A DNA stretch of 64,000 bases from Alphaproteobacteria bacterium (GTDB taxonomy: Bacteria; Pseudomonadota; Alphaproteobacteria; G965222575), in contig OZ244958.1 in NCBI GenBank assembly GCA_965222575.1, positions 512,001 to 576,000 on the forward strand, written 5' to 3'. The translations under genes and the position numbers were made by a program. Below the pieces are notes generated by a model. It did no database searches. It was given only the letters and a program-made list of their open reading frames with translations, and was not told where the DNA came from. This document shows, one piece after another, positions 9,074 to 19,351 of this stretch; the first letter of the stretch is position 1, and every line of letters begins with the position of its first letter.

Positions 9074-10237
9074 TTACGAATAGCCGTGCTCTTTGAGTAC
9101 CCAGTCTATCCATGGAAGTGCGCGGGCAATGTCTTCTTCCTCTATGGTAGGGCCTGCCCAGAGCCGAAGACAAGGCGTTGCTTTGTGGTGATTGATTACA
9201 TCACACGCCCCCTGATGGCTTTCCAGTAAATCCCCTATGGAGTCTAGTTGTTGCCATTTCTCCTTCTCTGTGAGAGGCAAAAAGGCTTTGTGCGTCAGGC
9301 GTATGGTGAGGGCTAGCGGACACCGGCTTGCAGGCTCTTTAGCGAGAAAATCCAGTGAGGGATGACGGAGTACCCAGTTATGTATTATCTCTGCATTGGC
9401 GTGGGTTTTCTTCACTAAGGCGTCCAAGCCTCCTATGGACTCTGACCACTTGAGGGCGGCGTACATGTCAAGGGCTGCTAGCATGGACGGCGTGTTGAGA
9501 GTCTTGCCTGCGAAAAACCCTCTTAAGAGCGACTCCTCTCGCGGTAACCCTAAAACCTTAGGAATCCCCCAAGGCGGACGATAAGACAAAAGCCTCTTGA
9601 TAGCGCGCGGAGACAAAATACACATACCAAATCCCCCTTCACTTCCTAGGGCTTTTTGCCAAGACCAAGTGGTAACGTCTAGTTTTTCCCATGGAATATT
9701 GTTCATCCCGAACACGCCGCTTGTGCCATCGCAAAAGGTCAAGCCCTTACGCTTGTGTGATATCCAATCAAAGTCCGAAACCATCACTCCAGAGGTCGTA
9801 CCATGGAGGGTAAACACAATATCGTGATTACTGTTTGTGCGGGAAAAATCTGGTAATACCCCGTAATCTGATAGAAACACATTGGGATTGAGGGCTAATT
9901 CTTCCTTGATGTCCTTAATCCATAACTGCCCAAAATAGTCCCAAGCACAGACATCTACAGGCAGGACGCCGAGCAAATTCCAAAGTGCCATTTCAAAAGC
10001 CCCGGTAGCGCTTCCCGGGGTTATCCCTATTTTGTAGTCGTGAGGAAGATTGAGAAGTTGATGACTTTTGTTTATAATGTCTTTTAGGAGTCTTTCTCCT
10101 GCTTTTGAGCGGTGAGAGCGATTGAGAACGCCGTAAGGGTCTTGATAGGAGTCGCTGATGGAAGCGGCTTTAGCGGTGGGGCCTGAGGAAAAGAAAGGAC
10201 GCCGGGGACGTTGTAGGGGCTTTGGGGGCAGACTCAT
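9074..10237 (-). CDS. serC: Phosphoserine aminotransferase (alphaproteobacterial/Methanosarcina type)
   Basis: FSSGP, RSHRS, TGAFEMALW, GTTSGV, SWQKALGSEG, NTPSML, LRLWAG. Confidence 0.93.
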   Translation of the reverse strand: MSLPPKPLQRPRRPFFSSGPTAKAASISDSYQDPYGVLNRSHRSKAGERLLKDIINKSHQLLNLPHDYKIGITPGSATGAFEMALWNLLGVLPVDVCAWDYFGQLWIKDIKEELALNPNVFLSDYGVLPDFSRTNSNHDIVFTLHGTTSGVMVSDFDWISHKRKGLTFCDGTSGVFGMNNIPWEKLDVTTWSWQKALGSEGGFGMCILSPRAIKRLLSYRPPWGIPKVLGLPREESLLRGFFAGKTLNTPSMLAALDMYAALKWSESIGGLDALVKKTHANAEIIHNWVLRHPSLDFLAKEPASRCPLALTIRLTHKAFLPLTEKEKWQQLDSIGDLLESHQGACDVINHHKATPCLRLWAGPTIEEEDIARALPWIDWVLKEHGYS

Positions 10238-10299
10238 GGAGAGGAAGCGGGGGGGTATAGGGGGTTGAGTAGAATTATTATCTTGGTATTGAGGGACGA

Positions 10300-11163
10300 A
10301 TGCAACAAAAAGGACTAGTGACTTCTACGACTGAAAGGATAATCACCTTACAGTCAAGTGAAGCGGGGGCAGTAGAGGAGTTTTTACAGGCTCTTCTTAC
10401 TGTTCGTGTAGAATCTGTGCCAAGGTGGAGTTATTTATTATTACCGCAGGGGAAAATTCTGTATGAGATGTTGCTTTTCCCAGTGGGGAAAGCGTGGTGG
10501 CTTTATAGTCCTTATGAGTGTCAAGGACTTCGAGAGAAGCTTTTGTTTTATCGTTTGCGTCGTCCTTTGGAGATTGGGGTGAAGGAGGTGGGACTCCATC
10601 GTTTTTGGGGTTTAGAGGAGGGTATGGTGCTTCGGGAACTGAATGTGGGGGGGGGTATGATTGCTTTGTTTGGGGATCCGCGTTGTGAGCGCTTGTGTTT
10701 TTGGGGTGTTGGGGAAGGAGAGCGGGGGGGGTGGGGGTATAGGCAAGAGACGTTAGAAGCCTTTCAGCGGTGGCAAACTCGTGTGGGCATTCCGGCGCTT
10801 GGTCAAGATTTTGACAGTGGCAAAGTCTTTGCTTTAGAAGCGGGTGGCGTGGTGTGGCGGGCTGTGGATATTGATAAGGGGTGTTATCTTGGGCAAGAGG
10901 TTGTCACGCGTATGCAGGTACGCAATTTACAAAAGAGGGGCTTTATTTCTGTGCGGTGGAAGGGGGTGATACCGGCGCCTGGCCAAGAGGAAATTCTCCA
11001 AGGGTCTCCTGATGAACAACCCTTGTGTATTGGGCATTTGCGTTCCTATTGGCAAGAGAAGGACAGCGGTGGTGGTCTTGCGTGGGTGGACTTAAGAGCC
11101 ATGAGAAAAGACTCCCTTTTTTTTCTAAAAAAGCATAGCATTATGCTTGAGGTAGAAAGATAG
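10300..11163 (+). CDS. ygfZ: Folate-binding Fe-S repair protein YgfZ
   Basis: FLQAL, LLPQGK, KGCYLGQEVVTR signature. Confidence 0.9.
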   Translation: MQQKGLVTSTTERIITLQSSEAGAVEEFLQALLTVRVESVPRWSYLLLPQGKILYEMLLFPVGKAWWLYSPYECQGLREKLLFYRLRRPLEIGVKEVGLHRFWGLEEGMVLRELNVGGGMIALFGDPRCERLCFWGVGEGERGGWGYRQETLEAFQRWQTRVGIPALGQDFDSGKVFALEAGGVVWRAVDIDKGCYLGQEVVTRMQVRNLQKRGFISVRWKGVIPAPGQEEILQGSPDEQPLCIGHLRSYWQEKDSGGGLAWVDLRAMRKDSLFFLKKHSIMLEVER

Positions 11164-11194
11164 GATTGCAAAATGGAGACAAAGGCGTTATATT

Positions 11195-11707
11195 ATGGGC
11201 ATAAGCGGAGATGATCTGTTTTTTAGGGAGCTTTTATCCAGTGCTCTTAAGGGGGAGGGTTACGGGGTTGTTTGCGTCCGAATACTGCGTGGTAGAAAGC
11301 CGGTTTTTCAATTGATGATAGAGAGGCTGGATAAGAAGCCGGTTGGGTTGAAGGATTGTCAAAAGGTGAGCTGTTATGTCTCTACGATTTTGGATGTAGA
11401 AGACCCTATTGCGGGGGCTTTTTCTCTTGAGGTTTCGTCTCCGGGGGTGAACAGGCCTTTGGTGACCAGTGCGGACTTTTCTGCTTACGAGGGCGAGAGA
11501 GTAGAGGTAGTGATTCGATTCCCTAGGGAGGGACAAAGAGTCTTCCGGGGTATCCTGAGGGGGAAAGAAGGGGAGTGTGTCTTGTTGCAAGAGCAGCAAC
11601 TAGGCTTGACGACTCTTCCGTTTTCGGAGATTACGAAGGCTTGTCTTATGCCCTGTGATGTGCATTCGACGGGGGAACGGGAACTAATGGAGGGTGAACA
11701 ACGGTGA
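11195..11707 (+). CDS. rimP: Ribosome maturation factor RimP
   Basis: LDVEDPI..LEVSSPGVNRPL; upstream of nusA. Confidence 0.95.
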   Translation: MGISGDDLFFRELLSSALKGEGYGVVCVRILRGRKPVFQLMIERLDKKPVGLKDCQKVSCYVSTILDVEDPIAGAFSLEVSSPGVNRPLVTSADFSAYEGERVEVVIRFPREGQRVFRGILRGKEGECVLLQEQQLGLTTLPFSEITKACLMPCDVHSTGERELMEGEQR

Positions 11708-13230
11708 ATTGGACAGAAATTGAACTGCTTGCTGATGCGATATCTGCTGGGAAAGCCATTACACTTGAGAAGGTGTTGGAGGCTATGGAGGAAGCGTTGG
11801 GGAGGGCGGCTTATCAGGAGTATAAGGGCCCTGTGAAGGTGACATTGGATCAGAAGAAGAAGACGGTGTCTTTTCAACGTATCTGGGAGGTGGTGGAGGC
11901 ATTTCCTTTAGGTGAGCATAGGGATAAATTCCTATTGCTTGACGAGGCACGAAAGAAGAAAAAGACGGTGAAAGTCGGGGATATTCTAACGGAGGATGTA
12001 CCGCCTATTAAGATGACGCGGGTGGGGGCACAGCTTGCTAAGCAAGTGTTATTTGCCAAGGTACGGCAAGCGGAGCAGGAGAGTCAATATCAGGAATTTT
12101 CTGCTCGTGCGGGCACTTTGATTAATGGTGTTGTGCGCAATGTAGATTATGCTGGCGTGGAAGTGGATGTTGGGGGGAATGCGGAGATTTTTCTCCCGCG
12201 CAAGGAGATGATACCGCAGGAAATGTTTCGACAAGGCGATCATATTTGCGCTTATCTTACGGAGGTTGAGAGTGAGAATAAGGAGAAGGATAATAAAATT
12301 ATTCTTTCGAGAACGCATCCGCAGTTTTTGGTTCATCTTTTCGCTCAGCAAGTGCCGGAGATTTATGAAAACATTATTGAAATCAAGGCGGTAGCGCGAG
12401 ACCCTGGGAGTAAATCTAAAGTTGCTGTTCTGTCGAATGATGCGAAGTTAGACCCTATTGGGGCTTGTGTTGGCATGCGCGGTAGCCGCGTCCGGTGGAT
12501 TACCAGTGAGCTACAGGGAGAGCGTATTGATATTGTCCCGTATTCTGATAGTATTGTCACTTTTGTGGTTAATGCCTTGGGGTTATCGGAGGTGACGAAA
12601 GTGATTTTTCCGGAGGAAGAGGGGCGTGTTGAAGTGGTGGTGCCGGAGAATCAGCTATCTCTTGCTATTGGGAGGCGGGGGCAAAATGTGCGGCTTGCGC
12701 ATCAGTTAACGGGCTTTTATATTGATATTCGTACTGAGGAGCAAGAGGCGAAACGAAAAGATGAAGAGACGACTAAGTACGGCGCTCTTTTCGCTGCGGC
12801 TTTGGATGTGGATGAGATTATGGCGCAGTTTTTTGTGACGCAAGGATTTCGCTCCGTTGAAGATATTGTAGCTGTAGGCGAAAAGGACTTGATTGCCATG
12901 GACGCACTGGACGAAGAAGTGGCAAAGGAGCTTTATCAACGCGCTTCAACGTATCTTGCGCAACGTGAAGCGAAAGATAGGCAGTGGGTGAAAGAACAGG
13001 GCATGGAAGAGAGCCTCTTTGAGTTGCCTCATCTTTCTGCTGCTATGCTACGTTGTCTTGCGGAGGCAGGCATTTTGACACTGCAAGATGTCGCAGCACT
13101 CGCCGGCTATGAATTAAGTAGTAAGCAAGGGGGCATTTTGAAAGATTTTGATTTGTTGGAAGAAAAAGCCAATGAAATTGTCATGGAAGCCCGCAAGCCT
13201 TGGTTCACTAACTCCCCCCCGTCTAAATGA
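11704..13230 (+). CDS. nusA: Transcription factor NusA
   Basis: S1/KH domains: ARDPGSKSK, DPIGACVGMRGSR, SLAIGRRGQNVRLA. Confidence 0.97.
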   Translation: MNWTEIELLADAISAGKAITLEKVLEAMEEALGRAAYQEYKGPVKVTLDQKKKTVSFQRIWEVVEAFPLGEHRDKFLLLDEARKKKKTVKVGDILTEDVPPIKMTRVGAQLAKQVLFAKVRQAEQESQYQEFSARAGTLINGVVRNVDYAGVEVDVGGNAEIFLPRKEMIPQEMFRQGDHICAYLTEVESENKEKDNKIILSRTHPQFLVHLFAQQVPEIYENIIEIKAVARDPGSKSKVAVLSNDAKLDPIGACVGMRGSRVRWITSELQGERIDIVPYSDSIVTFVVNALGLSEVTKVIFPEEEGRVEVVVPENQLSLAIGRRGQNVRLAHQLTGFYIDIRTEEQEAKRKDEETTKYGALFAAALDVDEIMAQFFVTQGFRSVEDIVAVGEKDLIAMDALDEEVAKELYQRASTYLAQREAKDRQWVKEQGMEESLFELPHLSAAMLRCLAEAGILTLQDVAALAGYELSSKQGGILKDFDLLEEKANEIVMEARKPWFTNSPPSK

Positions 13231-15548
13231 CACAAGACCAAAAAAGACCAACGCTTTCACTTTCTTCTAGCCGCGAGGGGGCTGAAAAATCGAAACGTAA
13301 AGGAACGATAGAAGTGGAAATCCACCGTAGAAGCTCTTTTTCAAGCGGAAAATCTTTAAATCCCGTGGTGTCTTCCGCTGTTCGTCCCTTACCCTCTTCT
13401 TCTACTAAGAAGATAGGCATTAGTCTCTCCACTCTTCAAGAAAGGCAACGACAATTAAAGGAGAAACAAGAAACAAGTCCTTCCGTTTCTGTGAGTTTTA
13501 TCAATCAAGTTGTCAAGAAGAAGAGTATGACAAGCACAAAGAGCGCGAAACAGAAAAAGCCCGCTCTTAAAGCGGCAGGCAAAAGAGAGAAAAAGCTTGC
13601 CGGTGCGGGAAGCCGTAAGGCGTTGACAGTGGTAGAAGTTCTCAGTCCTGTTTCTTCACAGGAGAAGACCTATTCCTTAGCGTCACAGAAGAGGCGGCAT
13701 GAGAAGATGGGGTCGGTTGTGGAGTCTTCTCCGCTGCCACCGCTACCGCCTCCGCCGTCGTCTGTACAGAAGGTTGTGCGGGATGTTGTCATATCGGGTC
13801 CTATGACGGTGGCGGATTTGTCTAATAGGATGGCGGAAACGAAAGGGGAGGTGGTCAAGAAGCTTATGGTTTTAGGGGTGATGGCTTCTGTGACGCAAAC
13901 CATTGATGCGGATACGGCGCAGTTAGTGGCTGAGGAGTTTGGGCATCGGGTGAAACGTGTGGATGAGGCGCTGATGGAGGAGGCGTTATTAGCGGAGCGT
14001 GATGTAGCGGAGCAGTTGGTGGAGCGTTCTCCTGTTGTGGTGATTATGGGACATGTTGACCATGGGAAGACGACGTTGTTGGATGCGTTGAGGCAGTCTT
14101 GTGTTGCTACTAGTGAGAAAGCTGGGATTACGCAGCATATTGGGGCGTATCAGGTGGCGGTACGGAAGAAGTTGGTGACATTTATTGATACGCCGGGTCA
14201 TGCGATTTTCACGCGGATGCGGGCGCGCGGAACGGAAGGAGCGGATATTGTTGTGTTGGTGATAGCGGCGGATGATTCGGTGAAGCCTCAAACGCGAGAA
14301 GCCATAGCCCATGCGAAAGCGGCAGGCGTTGGGTTTGTGATAGCGATTAACAAAGTGGATTTGCCGGGGGCTGACCCGAGCAAGGTACGTCAAGACCTTT
14401 TACAGTGTGGGATAGTGGACGAGTCTTTGGGGGGTGATGTACAGAGTGTAGAGATTTCTGCTACAAAAAAGACCAATCTTGATGGGCTTATTGAAGCGAT
14501 TTTTTTACAATCGGAAGTGATGGAGTTGAAGGGGAACATGGCGGGTCGTGCGCGGGCGGTTGTGATTGAGACCTCTCTGAGTTTGGGGCGTGGACCTGTG
14601 GTGACGGTGTTGGTGAAGAAGGGTGTGTTGAAAAAGGAAGATATTTTTGTTGTAGGGTCGAAATGGGGGCGGGTGCGGGCGTTGCGGGATGATAAAGATA
14701 GAGAGATACCGCAAGCGTCTCTTTCCATGCCTGTTCTGGTGTTGGGGGTATCGGGTCTTCCTAAGTGTGGCGATCTCTTGATGGTGGTGGAAACAGAGGC
14801 GTTGGCTAGGAGAATTGCGGAGACTAGAGAGAGACAGGAAAAAAATCAACACCTTGCTCTGCGCAGTAAAAAACCTGACAAAGAGGAAGACGCCGCTGCT
14901 TCTCCTCAAAAGAAGACCTTACCGATTATTGTGAAAACCGATGTCCATGGGTCTATGGAAGCGATTGTAGGGGCCTTAGAGAAAATGCAAAATGAGGAAG
15001 TGTCCGTTTCTATTCCCCATGCGGCTGTTGGCGAGGTGACAGAGACTGATGTGTTGCTAGCGAAAGCCACGGGGGCGAATATTTTCGCTTTTAACATTAA
15101 AACCTCTCCTCATGGGGCAGCGCTAGCCATGAAGGAAAAGGTCTCCATTAAACGGTTTAATGTGATTTATGAGCTAGTAGAAGAGATTGCGGACGAACTC
15201 GGCTTCATGCTAACGCCCGCTGTGACCTTTGAGAAAAAGGGACAGGCGCTTGTGAAAGAGGTCTTCGGCATGAAAAAAGGCAAAGTGGCCGGCTGTATTT
15301 TGGAAGACGGAGAAATCACTCATGATGCACTCCTAACAGTTAAGCGCGGAGAAGAGGAGTTGTTCAGAGGAGTTGCTAGCTCTTTGAGGCATTTTAAGGA
15401 TGAGGTGCGCTCTGTTGGGAAAACCAGACAGGAGTTTGGGATTGTGCTGAAAGATTTTCAGGAGTTCAAGGAAGGGGATATTATTGAAGCTTTTGAAGAA
15501 AAACACAGCCCTAGAGTGTTTCAGGAAACCCGCTCCTCTCCGTCATGA
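13227..15548 (+). CDS. infB: Translation initiation factor IF-2
   Basis: MGHVDHGKTTLLD, GITQHIGAY, DTPGH, NKVD. Confidence 0.98.
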   Translation: MTQDQKRPTLSLSSSREGAEKSKRKGTIEVEIHRRSSFSSGKSLNPVVSSAVRPLPSSSTKKIGISLSTLQERQRQLKEKQETSPSVSVSFINQVVKKKSMTSTKSAKQKKPALKAAGKREKKLAGAGSRKALTVVEVLSPVSSQEKTYSLASQKRRHEKMGSVVESSPLPPLPPPPSSVQKVVRDVVISGPMTVADLSNRMAETKGEVVKKLMVLGVMASVTQTIDADTAQLVAEEFGHRVKRVDEALMEEALLAERDVAEQLVERSPVVVIMGHVDHGKTTLLDALRQSCVATSEKAGITQHIGAYQVAVRKKLVTFIDTPGHAIFTRMRARGTEGADIVVLVIAADDSVKPQTREAIAHAKAAGVGFVIAINKVDLPGADPSKVRQDLLQCGIVDESLGGDVQSVEISATKKTNLDGLIEAIFLQSEVMELKGNMAGRARAVVIETSLSLGRGPVVTVLVKKGVLKKEDIFVVGSKWGRVRALRDDKDREIPQASLSMPVLVLGVSGLPKCGDLLMVVETEALARRIAETRERQEKNQHLALRSKKPDKEEDAAASPQKKTLPIIVKTDVHGSMEAIVGALEKMQNEEVSVSIPHAAVGEVTETDVLLAKATGANIFAFNIKTSPHGAALAMKEKVSIKRFNVIYELVEEIADELGFMLTPAVTFEKKGQALVKEVFGMKKGKVAGCILEDGEITHDALLTVKRGEEELFRGVASSLRHFKDEVRSVGKTRQEFGIVLKDFQEFKEGDIIEAFEEKHSPRVFQETRSSPS

Positions 15549-15898
15549 CTTGGATTCCTTCAAAGAAGCCCTTTGCCCGCCCCACCTCGCGACGCTTTCA
15601 ACGTATGGCAACACAGATTCAACGCGCTCTCGCCTATAAAATGGAACGCGGGGACTTTGAGCCGCTCCCTGCTCTGACTATTTGTCGCGTACAGGTTCGT
15701 CGGGACTTGCGATTCGCTACCGTCTTCGTTAGACCAAAAGAACACCTCCAACAACTTCACAAAGTCGAACACGCTCTTGAAGTCCTCCCTCCTATAGCCC
15801 GAAAAGCCTTAGCGGAAACCCTAGCGCTTCGGTATGTGCCTAAACTCTCCTTCCAAATAGAGGCTTCCCATGACCTTGTCCGGATGGTTAGTGAGTGA
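15545..15898 (+). CDS. rbfA: Ribosome-binding factor A
   Basis: DLRFATVF, LRYVPKLSF; between infB and truB. Confidence 0.85.
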   Translation: MTWIPSKKPFARPTSRRFQRMATQIQRALAYKMERGDFEPLPALTICRVQVRRDLRFATVFVRPKEHLQQLHKVEHALEVLPPIARKALAETLALRYVPKLSFQIEASHDLVRMVSE

Positions 15899-16751
15899 TA
15901 AACCATCAGGCATCAGCTCTTTTGATGTGATTAGAACCTTAAAGACGTTCTATCAGGGAAAAGTCGGCTATGTTGGTACCCTAGACCCTTTGGCTACGGG
16001 CGTTTTACCCTTAGCCTTAGGAGAGGCAACAAAATGTATTTCCATGGTCATTGAAGGGCGAAAAACCTATGAAGTGACCGTGAGATGGGGGGTGAAAACG
16101 GATACAGGGGATTGCGAGGGGAATAAGCTCCTCACAAGTCCGCACTCACCCACACAGCAAGAGGTCGAAAGGGTAGCGACCTCCTTTTTAGACCGCCAGT
16201 ACTGGCAAAGGCCTCACCCTTTTTCTGCTGTTAAAGTCAAGGGCAAACGCGCCTATCAACTAGCAAGAGCCGGCAACCCTGTGACTCTCCCCCCGCGTGT
16301 CGTGAGTCTCTTTTCCTTCTCCTGTTCGTCTCCTTCCTCTTTCTCTTTGCAATGCTCAAAAGGATTTTATGTCCGCTCTTTCGTTGAAGATTTAGCCAAA
16401 CCCTTAAACACCTATGCCCATATCACGGCTTTAAGAAGAATTGAAGCCGCCCCTTTTCATATTAAGCAGGCCTTCTCTCTTCAGAAAAACATGACACTTG
16501 CGCACCTTAAAACCCTTGTGATGCCTATAGAAGCCGCTCTCTGTGAACACTGTGCGCTGACTGTTACGAGGCAACAAGAGAGGGATTTATGCCTTGGGAA
16601 AAAAGTGAAAGTGACAGCAGTGCGCACAGGGGGCGAAAAATCCTTTTATGGATGGGCTAGAGGAGAAGAAGGAAAATGTGTTGCACTTGTTACAGGTTTA
16701 CTGCACACTGATGGTATTGTGCTGATTCCTAAGTGTGTGTTGGTGAGGTAG
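15870..16751 (+). CDS. truB: tRNA pseudouridine-55 synthase
   Basis: DKPSGISS, GTLDPLATGVL, FSAVKVKGKRAY, CSKGFYVRS. Confidence 0.95.
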   Translation: MTLSGWLVSDKPSGISSFDVIRTLKTFYQGKVGYVGTLDPLATGVLPLALGEATKCISMVIEGRKTYEVTVRWGVKTDTGDCEGNKLLTSPHSPTQQEVERVATSFLDRQYWQRPHPFSAVKVKGKRAYQLARAGNPVTLPPRVVSLFSFSCSSPSSFSLQCSKGFYVRSFVEDLAKPLNTYAHITALRRIEAAPFHIKQAFSLQKNMTLAHLKTLVMPIEAALCEHCALTVTRQQERDLCLGKKVKVTAVRTGGEKSFYGWARGEEGKCVALVTGLLHTDGIVLIPKCVLVR

Positions 16752-16808
16752 GCGTTTGAAATGGGGGGTATGTAAGATAGGGATATGAGATAGGAGATAG
16801 GATAAAGG

Positions 16809-17078
16809 TTGAGAAACGTGGCAGCAACGACACAAGAGCGGGTAAAGGAATTTGGCAACAGTTCAACGGACACAGGGGCTTCTTCAGTTCAGATAGCGCT
16901 TCTTACGGATAGGATTTTAGCGCTTACCTTACATGTGCAACAGAATAAGAAGGATAATGCGACGAAGCGCGGGCTTTACCGGTTGGTGAATCAGAGGAAA
17001 AAACTTCTCTCTTATTTGAAGAGGAAGGATGTAGAGGGGTATCAGAGTGTGCTTGGAAAACTTAAGTTAAGAAAATAA
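16809..17078 (+). CDS. rpsO: 30S ribosomal protein S15
   Basis: DTGASSVQIALLT..RGL..LV.QR.KLL.YL. Confidence 0.96.
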   Translation: MRNVAATTQERVKEFGNSSTDTGASSVQIALLTDRILALTLHVQQNKKDNATKRGLYRLVNQRKKLLSYLKRKDVEGYQSVLGKLKLRK

Positions 17079-17099
17079 AATAATAGATGAGGAAAGTAG

Positions 17100-19178
17100 A
17101 TGAAAGTGTATAAAGAAGAAGTGTCATTTGGAGAGGAATCTTTGTTTCTTGAGACGGGGAAAATTGGTCGACAAGCTGATGGGTCTGTGATGGTGAGATA
17201 TGGAGAAACGGTTGTATTGGTGACGGTTGTTGTGGGTTCGGAAGTGGAGGAACAAGATTTTTTGCCTCTTGCTGTGACCTATCAGGAAAAGACATTTGCA
17301 GTGGGGCGTATTCCCGGGGGTTTTTTCAAGCGGGAGGGAAGACCTAGTGAGCATGAAACCTTGGTCTCAAGGTTAATTGATAGGTCTATTAGGCCTTTAT
17401 TTCATGAGGATTTTTCCTCTACGACTCAAGTTTTGTGTACGGTGTTAGCCTATGATATGAAGCATGATCCGGCTTTAGCGGCTATGATTGGGACATCGGC
17501 GGCGCTTCAGATAGCGGGGGTTCCTTGGAATGGGGTTATTGCAGCCGCTAGAGTTGGGTATCAGGAGGGTAAGTTTGTGATAAATCCTGATTTAGACAAT
17601 CTCAAGGAGTCCTCTTTAGACCTTATAGTAGCAGGTGGGAAGGAGGCGGTTTTGATGGTTGAGTCCAAAGCGCAGGAATTAAGTGAGAAGGAGATGATAG
17701 AGGCTGTGATGGTGGGGCATAAGGCTTTTTTACCGGTGATTGAGGCTATTGAGCGGTTGGCTTTGAAGGTTGGAAAAGCGCCTTTGTCTGTGTCTTTGCC
17801 GAAGGCAGCGCAAGATTTTAGTACGCGTGCGGAAGCGGTAGGAGACAAGATAGAAAAAGCTTATGCTTTGTCTGTGAAGCAGGAACGGGTGGTGCAGTTG
17901 AAGGCAGTGCTTGAGGGGTTTTTGGAGACCTTTGAGGAAGAAGAGAGAAGCGAAGCGAAAAAAGCCTTCAAAAAGGTGGAAAAACAAAGAATGCGCCGTG
18001 ACATTCTTAAGGGGAAGAAGCGTATTGATGGAAGAGGGATGGACGAGATTCGCACTATTGAGTGCGAAGTAGGATTTTTACCGCAGGTACATGGCTCGGC
18101 TTTATTTACGCGCGGTGAAACGCAAGCACTAGTGGTAACGACTTTGGGGACGGGCGATGATGAACAGCTGGTGGACGCTCTTGAGGGCGTTACGAAAGCG
18201 AATTTTCTCCTGCACTACAATTTTCCGCCTTATTCCGTAGGAGAAACATCCATGCGGCTTGGCCCGGGAAGACGCGAAATTGGACATGGAAAACTCGCAT
18301 GGCGCGCCCTACAACCGCTGCTGCCCCCTGAATTCCCTTATACCATACGCATTGTGGCAGAAATTACAGAAAGCAATGGCTCTTCCTCCATGGCGACGGT
18401 CTGTGGGGCTTCCCTGTCCTTAATGGATACCGGTGTTCCTCTTAAAGCCCCCGTGGCTGGTATTGCTATGGGACTCGTCAAAGAAAAAGACGAATTTGTT
18501 GTCCTCTCCGATATCTTAGGCGATGAAGACCACTTAGGGGATATGGATTTTAAGGTTGCAGGCACCGCTGAGGGCATTACCGCTTTGCAAATGGATATCA
18601 AGATACATGGCGTTACGCAAGGCATTATGGAAACCGCTCTGGAACAGGCAAGAGTGGGGCGACTTCATATTTTGGAGAAAATGAGCCAAGTTGTCTCGAC
18701 CGAACGGAAAACCATGCGCGATACCGTTCCTAGAATGGTGAAATTCCAGATTCCTGAGCCTAAAATTCGCGAAGTCATTGGCGCTGGCGGAAAAGTCATT
18801 AAGGAAATTTGTGCTTCCACTGGCGCGAAACTGGATATCGAAGACGATGGGATGATTACTATCTCTTCTGCTAATGCTCAAGGCCTGAAAGATGCGAAAC
18901 AATGGGTTATGGATATTGCTATGGACCCAAAAGTCGGCGGTATTCATAAAGGGAAGGTCGTCAAAACACTGGATTTCGGCGCCTTCGTCTCTTTTGGCAT
19001 AGGAAAAAAAGATGGCTTAGTCCATATTTCTCAACTGGACAATAAACGGGTAGGCAGAGTCAATGATGTCGTAAAAGAAGGAGACGAAGTCTTTGTGAAA
19101 ATCCTCAATGTAGAAGACAATGGACGCATCAGACTTTCTATGAAAGAAGTCAACCAAAAAACAGGAGAGTCCTTTTAA
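17100..19178 (+). CDS. pnp: Polyribonucleotide nucleotidyltransferase
   Basis: IPGGFFKREG, RREIGHG, SNGSSSMA, GDMDFKVAG, KH and S1 domains. Confidence 0.98.
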   Translation: MKVYKEEVSFGEESLFLETGKIGRQADGSVMVRYGETVVLVTVVVGSEVEEQDFLPLAVTYQEKTFAVGRIPGGFFKREGRPSEHETLVSRLIDRSIRPLFHEDFSSTTQVLCTVLAYDMKHDPALAAMIGTSAALQIAGVPWNGVIAAARVGYQEGKFVINPDLDNLKESSLDLIVAGGKEAVLMVESKAQELSEKEMIEAVMVGHKAFLPVIEAIERLALKVGKAPLSVSLPKAAQDFSTRAEAVGDKIEKAYALSVKQERVVQLKAVLEGFLETFEEEERSEAKKAFKKVEKQRMRRDILKGKKRIDGRGMDEIRTIECEVGFLPQVHGSALFTRGETQALVVTTLGTGDDEQLVDALEGVTKANFLLHYNFPPYSVGETSMRLGPGRREIGHGKLAWRALQPLLPPEFPYTIRIVAEITESNGSSSMATVCGASLSLMDTGVPLKAPVAGIAMGLVKEKDEFVVLSDILGDEDHLGDMDFKVAGTAEGITALQMDIKIHGVTQGIMETALEQARVGRLHILEKMSQVVSTERKTMRDTVPRMVKFQIPEPKIREVIGAGGKVIKEICASTGAKLDIEDDGMITISSANAQGLKDAKQWVMDIAMDPKVGGIHKGKVVKTLDFGAFVSFGIGKKDGLVHISQLDNKRVGRVNDVVKEGDEVFVKILNVEDNGRIRLSMKEVNQKTGESF

Positions 19179-19190
19179 GCCCACCCCGCG

Positions 19191-19294
19191 CACACTCCCC
19201 CGGGGCACTGGGAGAGGAGGCAACACGCACTCCCGCACACTGAGGGGAAGAGAGGGTGTACGCACTCCTCTGCACACTGAGGGAAGAGGGGGTA
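19191..19294. repeat. Three degenerate 35-bp tandem units between convergent pnp and mltG
   Basis: CGCACTCC..GCACACTGAGGG.AAGAG at 19226 and 19261; diverged copy at 19191. Confidence 0.85.
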
Positions 19295-19351
19295 TCTGTA
19301 TAGCTAGGGGTGACCCCCTAAGGGGTGAAGCTTACAAAAGAGTCTTGTTGC

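Noticed and set aside
16774-16808. AGATAGG short repeats before rpsO as an S15 leader
   Set aside because: Low-complexity purine run; no leader structure recognised
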